In this document: positions 52,241 through 64,000 of the stretch, one piece after another | Layout: each line of letters starts with the position of its first letter | Position numbering within the stretch: the first letter of the stretch is position 1 | NCBI GenBank assembly: GCA_028534125.1 | Contig: CM052816.1 | Coordinates: forward strand, 45,510,001-45,574,000 | From: Lama glama | Taxonomy: Eukaryota | Length of the DNA stretch: 64,000 nt | Direction of reading: 5' to 3' | Position numbers and translations under genes: made by a program | Notes under the pieces: generated by a model | Seen by the model: the letters and a program-made list of their open reading frames with translations, nothing else | Databases searched by the model: none | What the model was told of the DNA's origin: nothing

Positions 52241-53278
52241 CTATTCAAATTACCTCTAGTATGAGCATCGGAAAATATGATGTACTCTGTTAGTTTTCTT
52301 AGTATGAACAATAATCACCTTGTAACAACTGCTTGATGTAAACAGCTTAGTCATTAGAGTCATATATTTCTTTTGCAAAAGGATTGAAACTTTCCCAATA
52401 ATAATAATAATAATATGTTAAAAACTGATGATTCCCTTCCGCTATTTTCAAAGTTGTATTGAGCCTCAGAAGTGAACGAGGAACCTCTATGCTCAGGCCA
52501 CCGCTCTAGGCCCTGCTTCTCCCCCTTTAACCCAGACTAATTTTCCCTCTGCCCGGAGTTCTTCTAACCATGAGGTGGGGAGCAGGCGACCTCAGTGCTA
52601 TTCACCACCAGCCGCCAGTGGGCCATCACATTTACAAGTTTCTAACAAAATCTCCAATATCAAACATTAAATCATAAACAGGAGTTTGTCTTTTAATAAC
52701 AGGAGTACATCTTTTTAACGTAATCTACATAAATTTGTACTGAGGTACAAGTTTTACCTTTTAGTCTGTAATGAATTAACTGAGTCTTTTCTAAAGCATG
52801 AAAAGAAAAAGATAAAAAGTCAAAAAAGAAGCAGAGAACACAACAAACAAACAAATAAAAGTTTTGCTTAATCTAAGAGAAAATAAAAACATCTGATAGG
52901 CTGGAGAACAAATGAAAATAAATTAAATTAGTGAATTATTTAATTGTTAATTAATTAGCAAATTAAATATTAGAAGGAAAATGCCTTAATAATAACTAAT
53001 TCTATTTTGAAGATTACAAATTAGGTTCTAAAAAAACTGCAATGCTTAAAAAGCATCACACAATAATTCTTAAATGTCTTTATGCTGTCCAGTGTACAAA
53101 ATGATAATATATTATGGTCTCCAAATCAAAATAAATCTAAAAGCCCAACATATTTTCACATACAGCTGAGATTAAAAAACATCACAATGATCACTTCTGA
53201 TCAAAAAAAAAAGAAAGAAAGAAAGAAACTACTTCATTTGCAGTGAGTAAACAGAGACAAACAAAAATCCCATCATAC

Positions 53279-53372
53279 CTAGTCTAGGAGGAAATGAAGT
53301 TAAAGGAGCCATGATAAGTTCCACGTAAGTTAAATTTACGAGGAAATATTCTTCTAGTTCTGGTATTTCATC
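53279..53372 (-). CDS. ADGRV1: ADGRV1 exon (~39), 94 nt, DEIPELEEYFLVNLTYVELIMAPLTSFPPRL
   Basis: TGCAG|GAT, TAG|GTATGA, phase 0-1. Confidence 0.95.
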
Positions 53373-53539
53373 CTGCAAAAATTACATCCATTAAATTCCC
53401 TATAATTATGCTCTCAAAGTAATCACCTCTCACAAGCTGCTTTTTAAAATGATCTTATAAATATATGTACTTAATATACAGAAAATTTTAAAATGCAAAC
53501 ATAGAGTAGAAAAGATGTAAATTAGAAAAAATAAACATG

Positions 53540-54781
53540 TCTTGGCAAAGATTTTTTTTAGATTTGATGCCAAAAGCAAAAATAAACAAGTGGAACTATG
53601 TCAAACTAAAACGCTTCTGCACAGCAAAATAAACCATCAACAAAAAAAAGTCAACTAATGGAAGGGGAGAAAATATTTTCAAATCATATACATCCAAAAC
53701 ACAGTTTAAAAATCATGTAACTCAATAGCAAAACAACTAATAATCTGATTTACAATGCAGAAGAATGGGATACACATCTTTCCAAGGAAGATATACAAAT
53801 GGCCAACCTGTACATGAAAAGATGCTCAACATCATTAATCATCATAGAAATGCAAATCAAAACCACAATAAGGTATCACCTCATACCTGTTAGAATGGCA
53901 ATTATCAAAAAGACAAAACATAAGTGTTTTTGTGTAGGTGAGAATGTGGAGAAAAGCGAATCCTTGTGCACTGCTGGTAGGAACGTAAACTGGTGCAGCC
54001 ACTGTGCAAAACAATATGAAGGTTCCTCAGAAAGTTAAAAATATAACTACCAGCATACCCACCCTGGGTGTATATACCCAAAGGAAATGAAAACAGCAGA
54101 GAGAAGAGGTATCTGCACTCCCATGTTCACTGCAACATTATTCACAATAGCCAAGATATGGAAACAACCTAAGTGTCCATCAACAAATGAATGGATAAAG
54201 ATGTCATGGTATATATATAAAATGGAATACTATTCAGCCATGAGAAAGAAGGAAATCCTTCCATTTTCAACAGCATGGATGGTCCTTGAGGGCATTATGC
54301 TAAACGAAATAAGCCAGATAGAGGAAGACAAATACTACATGGTATTACTTACATGTAGAATTAAAAAAAAAAAAAGAGTCAAACTCACAGAAAGAAAAAG
54401 TAGAAAACTGGTTGCTGGGGCTGGACAGTAGGGAAAACTGAGAGGGATTGGTAAAAGTATAAACTCAGCTATGAGATGAATAAGGTCTGAGGAGCTAATG
54501 TAAAACATGGTGACTACAGCTGACAACACTGTACTGTAAAACTGAAACTTGCTAGAGAGGTAGAACTTAAATGTTCTCACACACACAAAAAGATAAATAA
54601 GTGAGGTGATGGACGTGTTAATAACTAGATGCAGGGAATCCTTTCACAATGTGTACATGTGTCACATCAACACAATATACACTTTAAATATCTTATAATT
54701 TCATATTTTTTTAGGTTCTACATGATGCCATGCAGAATTGGTTAGTTATACTTCAATAAAGCTGAAATTTAAAAAAATAAA
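53540..54781 (+). mobile_element. Older L1 (L1MA-like) ORF2 3' end plus 3' UTR
   Basis: [32 protein letters not shown] peptides; L1MA-type UTR; AATAAA near 54755. Confidence 0.9.
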
Positions 54782-55749
54782 CTATTAAACTTATACGTAT
54801 GGTAAGTTATTAGGTTGAACCACGTGAAATTGCTAATATTATATCATTTTTGACCTAGATTAATATAATATGTAAACCAAATATATAAATACACAAACCT
54901 AATATATCTTACATATAATAAGAGGAAAAGATTTTAAATTACCTTAATAGCCAATGATTAGAATGACGAATAGAATAAAATCATGGAAAAAACACAGGCT
55001 TTGCAGTCAAGAAGACCTGGTACTAAATTTCTGTAACTTCAGGTGAGGTACCTAAACTTTAAGGCCTCAATTCTACCATCTTTATAGTGAGAGAAATAAC
55101 AGCTACTTTGGGGATTCCAATAATGATTAAAAATAATGTGTATGGACTGCCTGGCCTCGAAAGAGTCCCTTCAAAGTGACAGATATTTGTGATGGTTAAT
55201 TTTAATATAATATTACTATTAACCACCAGTCCATCCAAGAGCACTGACAATAAGGCGGGCACTCAAAATATGAGGACTAGCAAAACCCACATCAGTAGTG
55301 ACTAGACAGCAAACAATATTTACATAGAAACTCAATGTATATATTTATATGAATATATAATATCACAACATACACTTGTCTCTTCATTTTATTTAATGGA
55401 GATATGTTCCCATGTGAAAAAAAATTAGAAAATGAAGGTCACAGCCTCTATCTTATATAATATACGGACCAATGTGAGTTACAGAATCAGTTATGTAAAA
55501 GGTACTGTCCCCCATCTAACTCATCTGTTCTCCACCCCCATGCAATGACTCTCCCCTTATCAACCCCCAGCCTGGCTTATTTCTGTATATCCAGGCTTGC
55601 AGCCTCTTAATCTTGCACTACTCTGTAACAGAAAGGGCTTCAAAGCTCAAGGGAAAAGAAAAAGGAAACTTCAAAACCCTGTGTTCATATAAGTAGACTC
55701 TGTAAACTAGACCCCTAAAGGGTGGCTATATATTTTCTGCTTTAAAACC

Positions 55750-58198
55750 CATCCCAGGGACACAAGGATGGTTCAACATACGCAAATTAATCAATGTAAT
55801 ACATCACATCAACAAGAGAAAGGACAAAAACCGCATGATCATTTCAATAGATGCAGAAAAAGCTTTTGATAAAATTCAACACCCATTTATGATAAAAACT
55901 CTCACCAAAGTGTGTATAGAGGGAACATATCTCAACATAATAAAAGCTATATATGACAAACCTACAGCTGGCATAGTACTCAATGGTGAAAAACTCAAAA
56001 GCTTCCCACTAAAATCTGGGACAAGACAAGGCTGCCTACTATCACCACTCCTATTCAACACAATCTTGGAAGTCCTAGACATAGCAATCAGGCAAAAGAG
56101 AGAAATAAAAGGGATCCAAATTGGAAAAGAAGAGGTAAAAATGTCACTATATGCAGATGACATGATACCATATATAGAAAACCCTAAAAGGTCCACACAA
56201 AAACTACTAGAGCTGATCAAAGAATTCAGCGAGGTAGCAGGTTACAAGATTAACGTTCAAAAATCAGTTGCATTTCTTTACAATAATGATGAATCAACAG
56301 AAAAAGAAAGTAAAGAAACAATNNNNNNNNNNNNNNNNNNNNNNNNNNNNNNNNNNNNNNNNNNNNNNNNNNNNNNNNNNNNNNNNNNNNNNNNNNNNNN
56401 NNNNNNNNNNNNNNNNNNNNNNNNNNNNNNNNNNNNNNNNNNNNNNNNNNNNNNNNNNNNNNNNNNNNNNNNNNNNNNNNNNNNNNNNNNNNNNNNNNNN
56501 NNNNNNNNNNNNNNNNNNNNNNNNNNNNNNNNNNNNNNNNNNNNNNNNNNNNNNNNNNNNNNNNNNNNNNNNNNNNNNNNNNNNNNNNNNNNNNNNNNNN
56601 NNNNNNNNNNNNNNNNNNNNNNNNNNNNNNNNNNNNNNNNNNNNNNNNNNNNNNNNNNNNNNNNNNNNNNNNNNNNNNNNNNNNNNNNNNNNNNNNNNNN
56701 NNNNNNNNNNNNNNNNNNNNNNNNNNNNNNNNNNNNNNNNNNNNNNNNNNNNNNNNNNNNNNNNNNNNNNNNNNNNNNNNNNNNNNNNNNNNNNNNNNNN
56801 NNNNNNNNNNNNNNNNNNNNNNCAACAAAGGAGGCAGGAATATACAATGGAATAAAGACAGTCTCCTCATCAAATGGTGTTGGGAAAACTGGACAGCAGC
56901 ATGTAAATCAATGAAGCTAGAACACTCCCTTACACCATACACAAAAATAAACTCAAAATGGATCAAAGACTAAAACATAAGACAAGATACAATAAACCTC
57001 CTAGAAGAAAATATAGGCAAAACATTACCTGACATGCATCTCAAAAATGTTCTCCTAGAACAGTCTACCCAAGCAATAGAAATAAAAGCAAGAATAAACA
57101 AATGAGACCTAATGAAACTTACAAGTTTCTGCACAGCAAAGGAAACCATAAGTAAAACAATACGACAACCTACAGAATGGGAGAAAATTTTTGCAAATGA
57201 AACCAACAAAGGCTTGATCTCCAGGATATATAAGCAGTTCATATGACTCAATAAGAAAACAACAAACAACCCAATCCAAAAATGCACAGAAGATCCAAAC
57301 AAGCAATTTTCCAAGGAAGACATACAAATGATCAATAGGCACATGAAAAAATGCTCAGTATCACTAATTATCAGAGAAATGTAAATCAAAACTACAATGA
57401 GGTATCACCTCACACCAGTCAGAATGGCCGTCATTCAAAAGTCCACAAATGACAAATGCTGGAGAGGCTGTGAAGAAAAGGGAACCCTCCTACACTGCTG
57501 GTGGGAATGCAGTTTGGTGCAGCCACTGTGGAAAAAAGAACAGAGATTCCTCAAAAGACAAGGAATACACTTACCATATGACCCAATAATCCCGCTCCTG
57601 GGCATATATCCAGAAGGAACCCTACTTCAAAAAGACACCTGCACTCCAATGTTCATAACAGCGCTATTTACAATAGCCAAGACATGGAAACAGCCTAAAT
57701 GTCCATCAACAGATGATTGGATAAAGAAGTTGTGGTATATTTACACAATTGAATAACTATTCAAACATAAAAACCGACAACATAATGCCGTTTGCAACAA
57801 CATGGATGCTCCTGGAGAATGTCATTCTAAGTGAAGTAAGCCAGAAAGAGAAAGAAAAATACCATATGAGATCACTCATATGTGGAATCTGAAAAAAAAA
57901 ACAAAAAACAAAAATACAAAACAGAAACAGACTCATAAACATAGAATACAAACTTGTGGTTGCCAAGGGGATGGGGGGTGGGAAGGGACTGGGATTTCAA
58001 AATGTAGAATAGATAAACAAGATTGTACTATGTAGCACAGGGAAATATATACAGGATCTTGTGCAGGCTCACAGCGAAAGAGAATGTGACAATGAACGTA
58101 TGTATGTTCATGTATAACTGAAAAATTGTGCTCTACACTGGAATTTGACACAACACTGTAAAATGACTATAACTCAATAAAAAAAGTTTATTAAAAAA
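55750..58198 (+). mobile_element. 5'-truncated, relatively young LINE-1 (ORF2 RT to 3' UTR and A-rich tail), inactive
   Basis: ORF2 motifs [33 protein letters not shown]; premature stops (e.g. AAA TGA GAC near 57100); AATAAA and A tail at 58176-58199. Confidence 0.95.
56323..56822. other. Assembly gap (500 N) inside the L1
   Basis: Run of N. Confidence 1.
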
Positions 58199-59090
58199 AC
58201 TAACATATCTGAGTAAGTATCCATTTATTTATACTCAGTTACATTAATAGATTACATAGTTGAAAGAAGACTTACCTTAAAGTTTTATCAAATCTTTATG
58301 TCAAACACTGACATAGTATTACCTTTCATCTTACAGCTTTAGAGTTCTCACATTATTATATTAGGTCACAGAGCCATGATAATCAACAAAATAAGAATTA
58401 CTGACTTCAGATGGTAAATGGTTTACAGTACTCATAATTTTGTAGCAAAAATCTCTTTCAAAAAGAGAACCCCCTAAATACATAGTAAATGAAAATTTTT
58501 TTCTAAGGCAATATTTATTCTCTCTCTCTTTCCCTCCCTAACCCCCCAAACACACACCATCTCCTACCTTCTCTATTTTCGTACTATTTCCATAAACCTC
58601 TTGGAAATGTATTTAGATAGTTGAAACACTAAGTCTCAAAATGCAACAAGATTTCACAATATGAAAAATCATTTAAAACACTTCAGTCACCAATGATTAA
58701 GTTTGACCATAATCACATTTTATACCATCAGCCTCTAGTGAGTCTCTCACTATCTCTAATTTAACCAGTCCTAACAACTAAGACGCTGAGCGACGTGGCT
58801 TTGCTATTCCAGTGAATCCTTTGGAGTAATCAAAATGCTCCTTTGGAAATCTCTGAGGCCAATGCCATCCTAAAGGGACTGCCCTAAGGAAATTCTCTTT
58901 ATAGCAAGATGTTTCTGTAATAAAATACACAACAGCAGACTAGACTATCTAGACAAGAACAGAATCCCCCATGTGGTTTTAAAAAAGTCACGAAAAGAAA
59001 AAGGCTGACTGAAAGGCACCAGAATATTTAATCGATCTACGCTTTATCTGGTTATCCAGGTTTAATACAATAATAGTGAAATAGTTTTAC

Positions 59091-59254
59091 CTCGAGTATA
59101 GTGATGTTGATGGCTGCGGCTGTTTCCCCTTCTTCTAAAATCAGAAAGCCAACTACCGGGACAAAGTCAACACCTGGCTCAGCTAGGTTTCCTTCTGTTT
59201 GGTTCTTTAGGCTCAACATTCCAGGAACTGTGGTATATGTAACATTAATGGCTC
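59091..59254 (-). CDS. ADGRV1: ADGRV1 exon (~38), 164 nt, GAINVTYTT...AAINITILE
   Basis: TTAG|GA, GAG|GTAAAA, phase 1-0. Confidence 0.95.
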
Positions 59255-59355
59255 CTAATTGAATTGGATGGGAAAACATTTTATAATTATTTAAAATTTA
59301 AAAATAATATCTCATTATGAACATTTTGACTTTGCCTAGAAGCACCTACACTAGC

Positions 59356-59710
59356 TGTGTTACTGGCCCCAATTCCTCACCCCTTTCTAAATCGTTGGCC
59401 TTTACCATGTCATAGGTAACGGCTGAGAGATGACACCTTGTGGGCAAGGCATACTGCCCTGCCTCCAGACGTTCTAAGTTTGGCTGCATGACTTGTTTTG
59501 GCTGCTAGTACAAGGTAAAAGTGCTGATGTGGTTCTGAGCCTGCTTGCTTTCTTGTGTCTCTACTGGTTCCACGAGAATGAGAAGCATAGGAGTACAGCC
59601 TTCCCTGATCAAGCCCAGAGTCAGTTAGTGGACCCACAGCTAGCCTATTACACGTGCTGCTGAGATTTTGATTGTTTGTTACACAGCACTTTTGTGAAAC
59701 TAGTTAATTC
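59356..59710 (+). mobile_element. MaLR LTR (MLT1-like)
   Basis: 3' motif CTGAGATTTTGATTGTTTGTTACACAGCA. Confidence 0.6.
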
Positions 59711-59874
59711 CTTTAATCTTTCAAAAATAAAGAAGTTATAAACTCCTGTTCTGAATTAATAAATACAATTTTTTCCTGTCCCTGATTTGTTTTAGCAATG
59801 GCTTTCATCGCCCTAAACAGAACATTTAAAAAGCATCCTCCTGGAAACGCCATTCATTCTACAGTAACACACAC

Positions 59875-60054
59875 CTAGAGATCCAAATTCTCTGTTGACG
59901 AAAAGCTGCACTGTTACGTTAGCCTCTTGGAGCAAAACAAATCTTGATGCAAGAGCAAAATTTAAAACTCCATGTGGTTCATCGCTGGCTTCGACAGTCA
60001 GAACAGAGGCATATCCTTGAGCATCGAGCAGAGCAGTTCCTGCTGGTGGAACTC
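59875..60054 (-). CDS. ADGRV1: ADGRV1 exon (~37), 180 nt, GVPPAGTALLDAQG...NREFGSL
   Basis: TTAG|GA acceptor, TAG|GTGTGT donor, phase 1-1. Confidence 0.95.
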
Positions 60055-60697
60055 CTAAGAATGTCATGGACCACAAGAAATAAACAGTGATTTGGCATTA
60101 ACTTCTAAATACTTAAACTATAACCCCGCTCTCTGAAACACATTAAAGTAATCAGAAAGTATTCTATTCCATTTACTTCTCTAACAGAAATCTTCTGGTT
60201 GACAAACAGTACCTACTTTATAGTTTTCTTTTTCTTAGACAGCAAATCATGAATTTATTTTTCCCTGGCCTATTATTATCATTATTTGCTATACTGATCA
60301 TCTGAACTACAGAAACTGAGCAGAAACTGAAGAAAGTACCCAGACAATTTGCCCACAATTATTAAATCTGATTTATCCACATAACTGGTCCAGAATTCAA
60401 ACTGATCTGCTAGTATAAAATTAATTTCAGAAAAATTCTACCTTTGGAAATGTATTTTATTTCATAAAGAAATATTTAACAAAAATTTTAAAGGCTTTAA
60501 TTGAATTCATAAAGGTAGGTATTTCCATTCTGAGCTGCTTTTTTTGGATCTAAATTTTTATGAGACAGACAATACTATAAGTAATATTTTAAAAATCAGT
60601 ATGTATTTAATTGTTAAATATAGAGATCGCAACTATTATCTTTTTTCTGAAAAGAATAATATACCAGAGAAAAAAATGTAATTAAATTCTGCATTAC

Positions 60698-60797
60698 CTT
60701 GTGTCCTGACGTCATACAAAATAACTTGGTATACTTCTTTCTCCTCAGGAATACTGTCATCCAACAAATGCACAGATATTGTTTTATTCAGTGACCC
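60698..60797 (-). CDS. ADGRV1: ADGRV1 exon (~36), 100 nt, GSLNKTISVHLLDDSIPEEKEVYQVILYDVRTQ
   Basis: Acceptor TAG|GGG, donor AAG|GTAATG; LLDDxIPE motif; not in ORF track. Confidence 0.95.
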
Positions 60798-61833
60798 CTA
60801 CGTCAAACAGAAAGAAATTCATCCCTCTATGTCACTGAACACAAACTACCTTCTGCTTTTATTGGCCTTATAAATTGTGCATCCAAATATACTTTCACTT
60901 ACAGAGTTCCATGGCTTAAAAAAAATAGATTAAATAAAAAACTACTGTCTCATATGAAACCAGGCTTAAAATAGGCAGAGACTAAGTGTGGAAGATTCTG
61001 AGTGCTGAGCTAATGAATGCAGATTTTATCCAATGAGCAGTATAGCACTATTGAACATTTCAGACAAAGCAATAGATTTCAAAGGCAGTCATGAATGGGA
61101 AAAACTGGAGTCTGGAAAATAAGACCAGTGTTGAAGGGAAACCAGTTATTAGAAGTCAAATGTAGTACTCAAGACAGAAGGTTATAGGGGTTTGGCTTAG
61201 TATCGAGGCAGTGGAAATGAAGAGAAAAGAATTAAACATTATCAAACAAGAATTCATATCAAGTGAGTGTGGAGAAGAGGAGATGATAGAGTTACAATAA
61301 AGTAGTGTTGATTTTCTATCCAAGAACTGCTTTTAAATACTTATTTTCCACCAACCGTCTTCTTTCAAACTATCAGAAAGAGCCTTTAAATATAACTTCA
61401 AAAATACTGTGTGAACAGGAGGTAAAAAGACATTTGTTTCTAGGGCTATATTTGCTGCTTCATAGGAATGAAACATTTAAAGTCCCAAGTGCATTTAAAG
61501 TTCCAAGACAGAGAGGAGTAAGAGAAGAGGGACAAGCAGTGTTTATCATCTCCAGAATGACACAGGTGACACCAACAGTGGGAGGAGGGCAGGAAGGCAG
61601 CAAGAGGGCTTGCCTCAAATACCAAGTCAACATCTTGTTTCCTTAAAGGAGACCTACCAAGTACTTAACAGAAAAATAAACCCCCTCCTTAAGTCTCCCT
61701 TTAGGTTTCTAAGCAAGCAGCTCCCTCATCAATCTCTCTCCATCCTAGAATTACATAATCAGAATTTTCCCATTTCCTCACAACACAGCTTCCTCCAGAT
61801 ATTTGCAGTAAAGCATTTTCTTTGTGGTATTAC

Positions 61834-61964
61834 CTTGGGAAAGAAGAGTTGTCCAGTAAAGTTAGCAAAATTGAGTTCTAGGTTTTGCCCAATAATTTTC
61901 CAGTTAACAGTAACATTTCCTCGACCAGGGGGTGTTCTTATCACATGGAATTGTAAAATTTCTC
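61834..61964 (-). CDS. ADGRV1: ADGRV1 exon (~35), 131 nt, phase 1-0, (G)EILQFHVIRTPPGRGNV...GQLFFPK
   Basis: Acceptor CTGCAG|GA, donor AAG|GTAATA; Calx-beta peptide. Confidence 0.95.
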
Positions 61965-64000
61965 CTGCAGGTGAAATGTACAGATTGATAAACGTTTAAT
62001 GTAACATGAACTTAACATCTGAAGCCAACAAAACCCAAATCCCAAACATGCAATTGAAGCACCTTTTCCAAAAACATTAGAAAGGCGTTCCGTTTGCAAT
62101 TGTCTAGAAGCTTTATACATGCTTACCGTTTATTAACACATTATTGTTTAACCCACTTCTAAATATTTCCACTTAGTAGAACATCAGGAAGTTCAACATG
62201 TAAAAGCTACAAAGGCACATGCTAAAATGGAAAACACAAACATACACTCCAAAACATGCACCAGAACATAAATGTTCTGTAAAGTAAAGAAAATTATTAA
62301 GTCCTCATGGTCAAAACTAGTAATGACATAAGTAAATTCTTCCTTCACTTCTTAAAAGGATACAAATTCCTTACACTGGTATGCAATGTGATTTTACACA
62401 ATGCATGCATAAAAATGCTTGCAAATACCTGAAAATCACATTTCTTTAAATTGTAACTTACATATATCATCAATGATTTTGTTTTATAAAAAGAAATACA
62501 AAGGAAAGGTGTCAAATCTGTACATCAACCTCTGTAACTTTCCCAAAGTTACAGTTATCCTTCCTGGATAATTGAGGTATTTTAGATACTTTCCATTCCT
62601 GGCTTTTATCCTCATGTAATACTTTGTAAAAGTGAAGAAAATCTTAGTAGTCATTTCTTCTAAATGGCTGAAAGTGGAAAGTAAGCTCCTAGAGAGTACT
62701 GCTGTAGCCATCTAGCTTGCTGAAAAGATGCTGAATTCAAAAGTTTTACAATGAGGAGCACAAGTTAAGGTATACTAATAAACTGTATCACTAAAAATAA
62801 TAATTATTATAAAAAGATAAATGAATTGATGCTTAAAAGGCTGAAAAGAACACATCCTTATTCAAATTTTAGAGCATAGACATATAGTTGAAATCCATGC
62901 ATAGTCATTAAAAATACCACTTTTACTTAGTTATCCAAATAAGTAAACACTTCTGACACTTTTTAAACAAGGAGAGTAGAAACAAAATGAAATATTAAAA
63001 CCCTTTCCAAGTATTTTTAACTGCTAGAACTTTCTTTATTCTTGAAGAAAATAAAATTAAATAATTATTTCTAATAAAAAGGTTTCTTAAATTAAAATAC
63101 CATAAATTAATTAATTTGGAGATTATCTTAATTTCAATTACTAAAAAACAAAATAAAATTTTCATACTAAATTAAAGCACATATAATTTTAATGCAATAA
63201 ATTATCTGGGGACAGCAGAAAATATAAGAAAGCAAAAACATCAGAAAGATTTCTAAATAAGATTTCCTCAAATACTTCAATGTTTAATGTACACATTTTT
63301 AAATGCTTCAATTCAAAAAAAATTTTTTTAATTGTCATTACATTAGTAGACTGGGACTTGGATGATGGTTTTTTGAAACATACAGGAATTGCTAATAGGA
63401 ATCAGAGTGTCCAAAAGTTAGGATTTAACCGAAAGATGGGTAGAAGCAGCCATAATCGCCAGACCATTTCAAGTTTTTATACTTGTACAGCTCACATGAA
63501 CAAAGGCAAAGGCACGACAGGAAAACCCTGGCGTCTCTATTGTACACCATGCAGAATTCCTCAAGCGTTTATTACTGAAAGGCACAGACAGAGCCTTGGC
63601 GTCATTAAGCTGTTTCACCTACTTTACTATCTGGTGACACAAATAAAAAGGTATACAGAGTCATGGTTTTCGAATTTTAAAAAAAGTCACAAAACAAAAG
63701 TATACTTCAAAAAGAAAATCATGGAAGTTTTATCAAGTGCTAAAAATGCAATGAGGATACAAGTGGCAAAAAAAAGTGTAGGTCAATAAGAATCCATGTT
63801 GAAGGGGAACCTGTAAACATCGCAATAAAAAATGTGGCTGTAAGGTGGTACAGAGATTTGGGAAAAATACACCATTAAAGGTGAGACTAAAAGTAAAATG
63901 CCAAAGAGAGAAAAAAGTAAAATCCTTCTAAAAACTTATTACATGTAAAAATACTCAGTCTAATACTACCAAATTAGTATCACCTGTGAAAATTTAACAA

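Larger units (their letters stand above)
872..61964 (-). other. ADGRV1: ADGRV1 gene body, internal part (31 coding exons, ~human exons 35-65); gene continues beyond both window ends
   Basis: Spliced exons give one open frame of 5082 nt with repeated Calx-beta motifs (ILDDxxPExxExF, xxNDxPxG) and EAR repeats. Peptides are recognisable as VLGR1. Confidence 0.98.

Noticed and set aside
55835..56966. Long ORFs (359, 238, 195, 189 aa) in the ORF track
   Set aside because: Inflated by the N gap; the real part is dead L1 ORF2 or its antisense
872..61964. Pseudogenisation or non-canonical (GC-AG, AT-AC) introns in ADGRV1
   Set aside because: All junctions read are GT-AG, phases are compatible and the frame is open
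63280..63789. 169-aa plus-strand ORF
   Set aside because: No domain similarity, intron-like composition; probably chance
1..64000. Prokaryote-type systems (CRISPR, operons) or a nested independent gene
   Set aside because: No repeat-spacer arrays, and no second spliced or intronless coding sequence recognised

Overview
Mammalian genomic DNA, probably a camelid (inferred from a tRNA-Ala-derived vic-1-like SINE and cetartiodactyl-type L1 3' ends). The whole window lies inside ADGRV1 (GPR98/VLGR1/MASS1/USH2C) on the minus strand. I reconstructed 31 consecutive internal coding exons by hand (61964 down to 872). All have GT-AG junctions and compatible phases, and they total 5082 nt (1694 codons) with no frameshift or stop. 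They encode tandem Calx-beta repeats plus the EAR/EPTP region. Exon numbers ~35-65 are by recalled analogy to human, not computed. The introns are AT-rich and carry L1, L2, MIR, LTR and hAT relics, microsatellites and a 500-N gap inside a young L1. Repeat family names are by recognition and need RepeatMasker confirmation. I see no convincing novel biological system. The best leads are: the EAR region apparently inserted inside a split Calx-beta domain, a sense-oriented solo LTR with a polyA signal, a micro-retroinsertion that duplicated a SINE head, a twin-primed inverted L1 fragment, in-frame cryptic or re-splicing donors, and a CpG-rich patch with two Cys substitutions.
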